Positions 56,394 to 64,000 of a stretch of DNA of 64,000 bases are shown here, piece after piece. Position 1 is the stretch's first letter. Every line of letters begins with the position of its first letter. This DNA comes from Geosiphon pyriformis uo1 (Eukaryota; Fungi; Glomeromycota), in assembly GCA_016748015.1 (NCBI GenBank), contig JAAOMT010000289.1, forward strand, positions 383,639 to 447,638, in the 5' to 3' direction. The notes beneath the pieces are model-generated. The model had not been told where the DNA came from. It searched no databases and saw nothing but the letters and a program-made list of their open reading frames with translations. The position numbers were made by a program, and so were the translations under genes.

Positions 56394-57283
56394 GAGAGCA
56401 CTAAATGTTACAGATGATTATTTGGGGTCTCAGATCAAATAACAAATCCATAACTTGGTGCTCAATATCTACTCTGATGGTTAATGGTAGTAATATTGGT
56501 ATGTTGTCTTTATTTGAAGGTTTTGATTAAGAGTTCTTTGTATAATAGACAGAGATTCAATGATGAAGTAGTTGGTTGGTAAGTGGTGTTCCCAATTTCT
56601 GTTTTCAGCTTGATGGCCAGTTTATTCTGGCATTCATACTCTTCTGGTAAGCTATCTGTTAATATATATAATTTTATCTTTATTTCTGGGTTTTTTACCA
56701 GGCTATCCGTGATGTCAATTACTCACTTTAATCCTTAATCAGTTAGTATACAACAATAAAAATAAAGAAATAAAAAAAAATAAAGAAATAAGCCAAGGCA
56801 ATGTACAAGCTAATATCTTGTCAATAGCTGTGATCAAGAGCTATTGTTCTAGTATAGTTAAGTGTCAATTACTATCAACATGAAGTGTTGATAATGGAGA
56901 GTAGATTTGGATGGTAAATGATTTATTTATTTAATATTTGTGGATGGAAGATTTCTAACTAAAAGATTCTGTTTTTTCTACTTCTAACACTACCATTATA
57001 TATACATAATTAATGTTCTATGAGATTGCTCACATTCTTGAGCAATATACTATGATTTTTTGAGCAATGCTTACATTGTTGAGTGATGTGCTCTTATTTT
57101 CTAACATTGCTCTACATTGTTGAGCAATGTGCCGTGTTTTTTGACATTGTTTCACATTGCTAAGCAATGTGTCATGATTTCTATTATTGCTCTATATTGC
57201 TAAGCAATGTGTTTACATGCTACATACTATTCGCTTATTGGTCTACTATTTTCCCTATATCTGTTTTTATTTTATGGGTAACA

Positions 57284-59122
57284 ATAAGTAGAATAGATGT
57301 ACCAGTTAATATGGCAAAGGAAAAAATTGTTGACAAAGGAGAAATTATTTCCACCTGTCAATCAATTTCTATTCTATCATATGACCAGTATATGGTAGTT
57401 ATAGAAAGGAAAATAAAAGATCAGATGCAAATTTTTGAGACAAAAACAACACTGTGTGAATCAGGAGAGATTGGACTTACCAATCTTCACATACCAGCTA
57501 AGAACCATAATCACATCAAAATTTCTATTTACAACAACACAGAAAATGTTGTAAAGATATTAGAAGAAACTATTATTGGTTATTTAACCACCAAAATCAA
57601 AGACCAATAGCCAGACACCATTCCAGATTTTCCACAACTATGTGGATATGTGAATATTACATTACAAACCATATATAGATGAGAAAAATGTTATCTGTTC
57701 TAACAGGAACAGTTAGAACAGATGAATATGGAGAACTTAAACCCACTACAATATATGCAACTTAAGATGCTATTCAACAATTTCAATGACATCTTTGCTA
57801 GCAAAAACGAATTTGGCAGAACTGACATAATCCAGCATCAAATCAAGACTGAAGATGCAATACCAATCAAACAACAAGCATACAGAGTACCATCAGCCAG
57901 TCATAAAATCATTTGTCAAGAAATCAACCAGATGCTTAACAACAGGTTAATTCAACTATCAATAAGCCTATAGTCATCACCAATAGTACTGGTCTGTAAG
58001 AAGAATAGAAAAATTCATTTTTGTGTGGACTACCAAAAACTGAATGGAGTAACTAAAAATGATAGCTATTCAACACCAAAGATCCAAGAATTATTTAATG
58101 CTTTTGGTGGAAAAAAATGGTTCTCAACATTAGATTTAGACAGTAGTTACTGACAAGTAGCTATAAAGCTAGAAGATAAGAAGAAAACAGCTTTTACAAT
58201 ACAAGAAAGAAATTTTGAATTTGAAGTTATGCCATTTGGCTTGATAAATACACCAGCAACATTCCAATGGCTTATGGAAATTGTTTACACTGGACTACTG
58301 TGGAAATCAGTAGTTGTTTACTTAGACAACACCAATGTGTTCTCAAAAACATTTGATGATCATCTACATCATCTCCAACAAGTGTTTAAAAGACTAAGAA
58401 GAGCTGGATTAAAGCTAAATGCAACCAAATGTTTCTTTGGAAAAACTGAACTTAAGTTTTTGGAACATGTTGTAAGCAAAGATGAAATCAAAACAGATCC
58501 AGACAAAATTGAAATTGTCAAGAACTTTCTAGTACCAAATAATCTCATAGAATTGAGAGCATTCTTAGGATTTTTTGGATACTATTGCCACTTCATTAAA
58601 GATTTTTTCAAAATAGCTCAACCACTACATTAGCTCCAAACAAAGAACACCAAATATGAATAGACAGAAACCCAACAAGAAGCTTTTGATACATTAAGAA
58701 GAAAGCTTATTTAAGCCCTAGTACTAATCTATCTGGATTATAGCAAGCCATTCATAATTACAACTGATGTATCTGGTCAAGTATTGGGAGCAGTACTATT
58801 ACAAAAAAGACCAGATGGAAAAGAACATTCAATAGCTTACACCAGTAGAAGCTTAAGTCTAGCGAAAAAAAACTATGGAACTCCAGCACTGGAACACTTA
58901 GCTATTTATTGGGCCATCATCAAATGGAAAAAATACTTGAGTCAGAAGTTTGATGTATACACTGATCACAAAAGATTGATTTCAATCCAGAAGCAAGAAT
59001 TTGGAAACAATTGCTATGTCAGATAAAAAATAGAACTTTTACTATTCAATTATACAGTACATTATAAAAAAGGAAAAGACAATGGAAATGCTGATGAATT
59101 GTCGTGAATGAAACAAATCTAA
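57284..59122 (+). pseudogene. Element B dUTPase-like repeat, RT, RNase H (3' half)
   Basis: MPFGL..PATFQ, VVVYLDN, LKFLEHVV, TDVSGQVLGAVL and YTDHK motifs. Ends ...KQI-TAA at 59120. Confidence 0.9.
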
Positions 59123-59152
59123 AAACATTTCAACCCAAAAATATAACAAAAG

Positions 59153-60537
59153 ATGAATATACAAAAATACCAACAATTCCAACATTATATAAATACCCAA
59201 TTGTTCAAGGAAAAATTATCTTAACAGGAACAAAAAAGCATAAAACAACAATCAAAATATTTTATCAACCACCAAAATATACTTTACCAGAAGAACAGAA
59301 GAAATCCAGATTAACCAACCAAAGTAATCACCAAACCAGAGAAAGAGACAATACTATTTAACATGCATTTAAATCCAACAGCAGGACATTTTCATAAAGA
59401 AGCAACCATAGAAAGAACCAGAAAAAAATACTATTGGCCATTAATATATCCAAACATTATTCAATATGTTCAAAGTTGTGATGCTTGTCAAAGAAGAGGT
59501 AGAACAAAAAACCCAATAAACCATTAAGACCAATCAAAGTGAGACAACCATTTGACTGTATTGGAATTGACTTAGTAGAATCATTAACAATCACCAGTAG
59601 AGACAACAGATATATTGTAGTAGCTATGGACTATCTCATTAAATGGCCAGAAGCAAAAGCCATTCAAAGAGCAGATGCAGAATCCATTGCCAAATTCATT
59701 CATCAAGATTTGATTTGTCGACACAGATGTCTAAAAGAACTACTATCAAATCAAGGAACCCACTTTGTGAACAAAACATTGACAGAATTAAGTCAAAGAT
59801 TTGGAATTAAAAGACCATTATCATCACTATACTATTCACAAACAAATGGCTTAGTTGAAAGATTTAATAGAACACTGTGTGAAGCAATAGCCAAAATTAG
59901 CCAAAAAAACCAGAATGAATAGGATTTGTTTATATCATCAGTATTATTTGCTTATCAGACAATAAAGCAAGATACCACACAAGCAACACCATTTGAATTA
60001 GTATACAGTAGAACAACAACATTACCAGTTGAGATAGAAGTCAAAACATATCCAACAGAACCAATAACAGAAGATAATTTCCAAGAAACATTGTTGAAAA
60101 AAACATATGACTTAATAAAAACACTAGAAAACAGACGACAAAAAGCAGCTGATAACATCCAAAAGTCACAAGAAAAGCAAAAAAAATGACATGATAACCA
60201 ACTATCAGACAAACCAGTTGAATTCAAGATTGGAGACAAAGTATTATTATATCATACCAAAGCAGAAAAACAATGGAGTGGAAAATTTGACCCCAAATGG
60301 GATGGACCATTTTACATAAAAGAAATTCTAGAAAATGGAGCTTATAAATTAAGATGGGACAACAAAATTTTAGCCAAAGCAGCACATGGTGATAGACTGA
60401 AACCATATCACCAGATAGCATTATTATCTACCAATAACATTCCACAACTAAGAGTACAAAGAATACTAGTTCAACCAGAGGAAATTCTATGAGATCTAAA
60501 ACCAATCATAGTTATTAAACCAAACATGTCAAATTAA
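59153..60537 (+). pseudogene. Element B integrase
   Basis: ATG at 59153; H..H..C..C domain; IGIDLV, LLSNQGTHF, QTNGLVERFNRTL; WDGPF module; no chromodomain evident. Confidence 0.9.
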
Positions 60538-60591
60538 ACAACAAAAAAGTAGATAAAAACACAGTATATGCAACAAAAGCAACCAAGAAAA

Positions 60592-61227
60592 ATAGAAATA
60601 CCAGATTATATTTACACTATAGCTCAACAATTGTTTTAGGCCTTAAGTCAACAACAGTTAGACATGGAAATTGTTATTAACAACCAAATAATTTGCTATT
60701 GAAACACCCAAAAAAAGACAAAGAATACACTATATTAGCGACCATCAAAGAATGATAAAAACTGGACAGATAACTTAATAGAAAAAGTGAAAAACACTTT
60801 TGGGAAAATACCTATTATGACACCAACAGAAGAGCTTACAAAAAAAAATTGGAAGCAATGGACAGAACAACTTCCAATATTATATTGCTACTACCAGTTA
60901 AGTCAAAAGTTGAATATTCAGGAGTTGTATATCAACAAATCCAAAAGAATATTCAACCAAGACATAATACAACAAATTGAAGAATTTATTAGAAAGAAAA
61001 CAAATTTAACACTACATGTTAAAACAATATACTGACTACACAACATATTTCAGAACTATCCAGAAATACTGTTATACTTGGACATGAAAACCATAACCAT
61101 TAACCAATAGGGAAGAATGAACAATACACAAGTAGAAAATGTAAAAAACAGATTTAAACAAACAATACTTGAAAAAGAAGTATTAGAATTAATTCAAAAT
61201 GAAGATTTCAATGAAGCTCAATATTAA
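60592..61227 (+). pseudogene. Element B ORF3 (~211 codons)
   Basis: (M>I)EIPDYIYTIAQQLF*ALSQQQLDMEIVINNQ...LYCYYQLSQKLNIQELY...IY*LHNIFQNYPEILL...NEAQY-TAA. No frameshifts; stops are of C>T/G>A type. Confidence 0.8.
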
Positions 61228-64000
61228 AAAGGAAAAAATAATATTACTCATAAAAAAAAAACAGATATAAAAAAATAGTAAACCAATAAGAGAGTAGTAG
61301 TTAGCACATAAGCACATTGCTCAGCAATGTGAAGCAATATCAGAAATCATGGCACATTGCTTAGCAATATGGAGCAATGTCAAGAAAAAATGACACATTG
61401 CTTAGCAATATAAGCATTGCTTGAGAAATTATAGCATATTGCTCAAGAATGTAAACGATCTTATAGAACCCAAATTATGTATATATAGTGGTAGCATTAG
61501 AAGTAGAAAAGACAGACCTCTCAGTTTAAATTTTATCTAAGCCACCTTCTAATCCAAAATATCAATAAATAATTATTTTCTATCTCAAATTCACTCTCTA
61601 CTATCAACACTTTATGTTGATAGTTATTGACACTTAACCACCCTGGAACAATAGCTCTTGATCATAGTTATTAATGAAATACTAACTTGCACATTGCCTT
61701 GGCTTATTTCTTTATTTTTTTTTATTTTTTATTTTCTTTGATTTTATTGTTGCATACTAATTGATTAGGGATTAAAGTGCCAAGTTATTGACATCATAGA
61801 TAGCCTGATAAAAGACCCAGAAATAAGGATAGAATTATATATACATTAATGGATAGCTTACCAGAAGGACACAACTGCCAGAATAAACTGGCCATCATGC
61901 TGAAGACAGAAATTGGGAAAACAACTTACCAACCAACTATATTATCATTGAATCTCTGTTCATTATACAAAAGACTCAACTTTAAAAACCTTCAAATACA
62001 TCCTACATACTAGTATTACCAGCATTATCAAGATATTAAGCACCAAGTTATGGATTTGTTATTTGATTTAAAATTCCAAATAATCATCTGTAATATTATA
62101 ATACATACTTTAAAGACTTTTTTCTTATTAATAATAAACCAAGTATCAATAAAATGATTAGTTTTTGAATCTTGATTTGGATCTAAGCTTTTTATAATTT
62201 GAATTCAAGCTTCTTATGATTTTGGCCATCAACAACTTCAGCTTAAAAACTTTGATAATTGTTTATTTTTTGAATATTTGAACTCACTAAATCAAAGTTT
62301 AGAAAACATTTTATTAACTAAGCTTACTACTACTTCTTTTATAATCTTCTATATAGTATCTAAATTATTATAACTTTTTGTACTATTAAATTCAGCTATT
62401 TTTTTTGAGAATATGTTTAATAAACACTCTTTAAACTATAATCATTTATTGTTTTTAGTATTTTTAATTCTAAACTTCTATCAATTTCTATTAGTCTGTT
62501 TATAATTATTGTTAAGGTAAATACAGTATTTAAAAAACTATTCAAGCCAACTACAACTGAAACTGTCTTGTAATTAGTATTAAAGAATTCAAACACAATG
62601 TTAACTTTATGATTAGTAATTGTGAATACCAGATTTTGGTTTACAAGAATAAAATCAATGATGTTCTTAAAGCCTTTGAAATTGCTTTAAGTAGAAGTTT
62701 TGGCTAATGAATATCTATTAAACAAGTTAATTAACTCTAGATTTATACAAAATCTGAAACTTGTATTCCTTTTTGAATCATTTTTATTGAAGTTTTTTCT
62801 CAATATCATAAAAGTACTGGAGTTAGCTGTCTTGATAATGAAAAAGTTAACTTCCAATGTTTGGTCAAACTTAGCTTTAGCAGAAGTACCAATATACAAA
62901 TTTAAGATTATAATTGACAATTTATTTTTGAATAAAAGTTTTATTGAGATAACTTGGCCAGAAATTTTTTCTATCTTAGAAACATATTGAGCCAGTAAAT
63001 TGTTTATAATAATAATAATTTTAGCACTAAGAAAACTTTTATTTAAACCAAATGTAAAAATTTACATATCTTCAAACTTATTTATAATTCATAGTTTAAT
63101 GCTAGACCTTAATTTTGTTTTTATAATAATCAAAACCATATTCTTTAATTCCATATGTCAGCAAATAATATCTTTCTACTTAGCAAAGACATTAATATCT
63201 TGAACATTGTATGTAGCAAATTTCCAAACCAAATTACTTATAGAAATGAAAAAAATATCAAAGAACTTAAGCCAGGATACAACTGATCCAATCTTTCTAA
63301 AACTGAATTAACAGAAACTTTTAGAACCACTATTTTGGATTTTAATTTATTTACTTTAATGGTCAAAATTTTTGATCTACTTAAATCCAAATCTGAAACC
63401 ATATTATTTATAACTAAAAAAAAGTAAATAAATAATACAGATGAGTTATCCAAAACCATATTTAAATTCAATTTTGAATTTAAAAAAACAAACACCATAG
63501 AAAATAAAATTGAAAAATAGATACCAGAGATACCAGATCTACACTGCTTAATTTTTATACAATACCTAACACTTGATCAGCCAAAAGCTCTAAAAAGTAT
63601 TTCAAGGAGGCCAAATAAGTGCTAATAAATAAATTATCTTAAGTAACTATAAGAATTTTTTTTATAGATAATATATCAGAAAAAAGGGATTCAAAACCAA
63701 AACCAGAGCAAGTTTTATCAAAAGAGACAGTAAGTAAAACCATCTGCATCCAAAATTTGTCATCAAAAACAGTAAAATAGAAAATAAAAACATTTTTTTA
63801 GTGTATAATTTAGCTAGCTAAAGACAATTCTCTTTTAATGCAATTTTTTTATATATTTTCTTAGAAAACAAGACACAAACACCTAATATATCACACTCCA
63901 AAACTAAATGTTTGAAATATTTATATCTTTTACAACAAACTAGATTTATCCTAGCCCAAAAAAGCTTAATACTGCCCAAAATAAACTGTGTAAAAAGCTA

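Larger units (their letters stand above)
37119..57283 (-). mobile_element. Degenerate Ty3/Gypsy LTR retrotransposon C (5'LTR 56406-57283, 3'LTR 37119-37979), interrupted by D at 54920/44841
   Basis: Direct LTRs of B-like type, PBS tttagtgctctc at 56394-56405, PPT aaagaggagataa at 37980-37992 and flanks acag/ataa. Gag joins across D (AVTNA|RDFEA). Confidence 0.95.
31821..62095 (+). mobile_element. Degenerate Ty3/Gypsy LTR retrotransposon B (5'LTR 31821-32656, 3'LTR 61242-62095), interrupted by C at 37118/57284
   Basis: Direct LTRs, PBS tttagtgctccc (decayed tttggtgctccc), purine tract at ~61226-61241 and flanks tcat/ttat. Coding text joins across the C insertion (…FGST|SRIDVPVN). Confidence 0.95.
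28275..64000 (-). mobile_element. Degenerate LINE (ORF1 3' part >63238; ORF2 APE endonuclease ~63241-62096, then RT-RNase H-Cys domain 31820-~28500), split by Gypsy B
   Basis: ORF2 start LVWKFATYNVQDINVFAK...IIIKTKLR is a decayed APE motif. RT-like text lies at ~31400-30100, RNase H VVYTDSLVK...LIKLQVIAF...FINSQ at ~29750-29400 and a Cys/His motif at ~28950. The 3' end is approximate and the element runs off the window. Confidence 0.85.

Noticed and set aside
60300-60537. Chromodomain at the integrase C-terminus
   Set aside because: After the GPF module there is only a short tail, with no aromatic-cage chromodomain pattern.
60526-60591. ATG at 60526 as ORF3 start, or ORF3 as an in-frame IN extension in B
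   Set aside because: C has ACA-TAA at this position, suggesting a decayed ACG. In D, ORF3 starts in a different frame at ATG GAA, downstream of the TATA-like box.

Overview
Eukaryotic, intron-rich, AT-rich DNA, probably fungal. The protein style suggests Glomeromycotina/Mucoromycota; that assignment is inference. Positions 1-~9.9 kb are a CpG-retaining gene island with three spliced minus-strand genes: NKAP (8 exons), a Cys-rich GPI-type secreted protein, and a ~4-TM membrane protein with a 30-nt micro-exon. From ~10 kb on is a CpG-depleted, C>T/G>A-eroded transposon block. It holds a decayed LINE ORF1 hosting a solo LTR and full-length Ty3/Gypsy element A (12082-21966, -). It also holds an ORF1-only polyadenylated retroposon (HAL1-like) inserted in a relic LTR, and a four-level nest: LINE(EN-RT-RH) > Gypsy B (31821-62095, +) > Gypsy C (37119-57283, -) > Gypsy D (44842-54919, +). 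Comparing the four Gypsy copies reveals an unusual 'complex' retrotransposon. One long Gag-PR-(Cys-rich insert)-dUTPase-(dUTPase-like)-RT-RH ORF is followed by an integrase that appears to be a separate cistron with its own ATG. A conserved ~210-aa non-Env ORF3 follows a TATA-like box. U3 carries family-specific palindromic motif arrays, and a conserved hairpin lies downstream of the LTR TATA. The 4-bp TSDs are compatible with a central CpG at all five insertion sites. All TE copies are pseudogenised.
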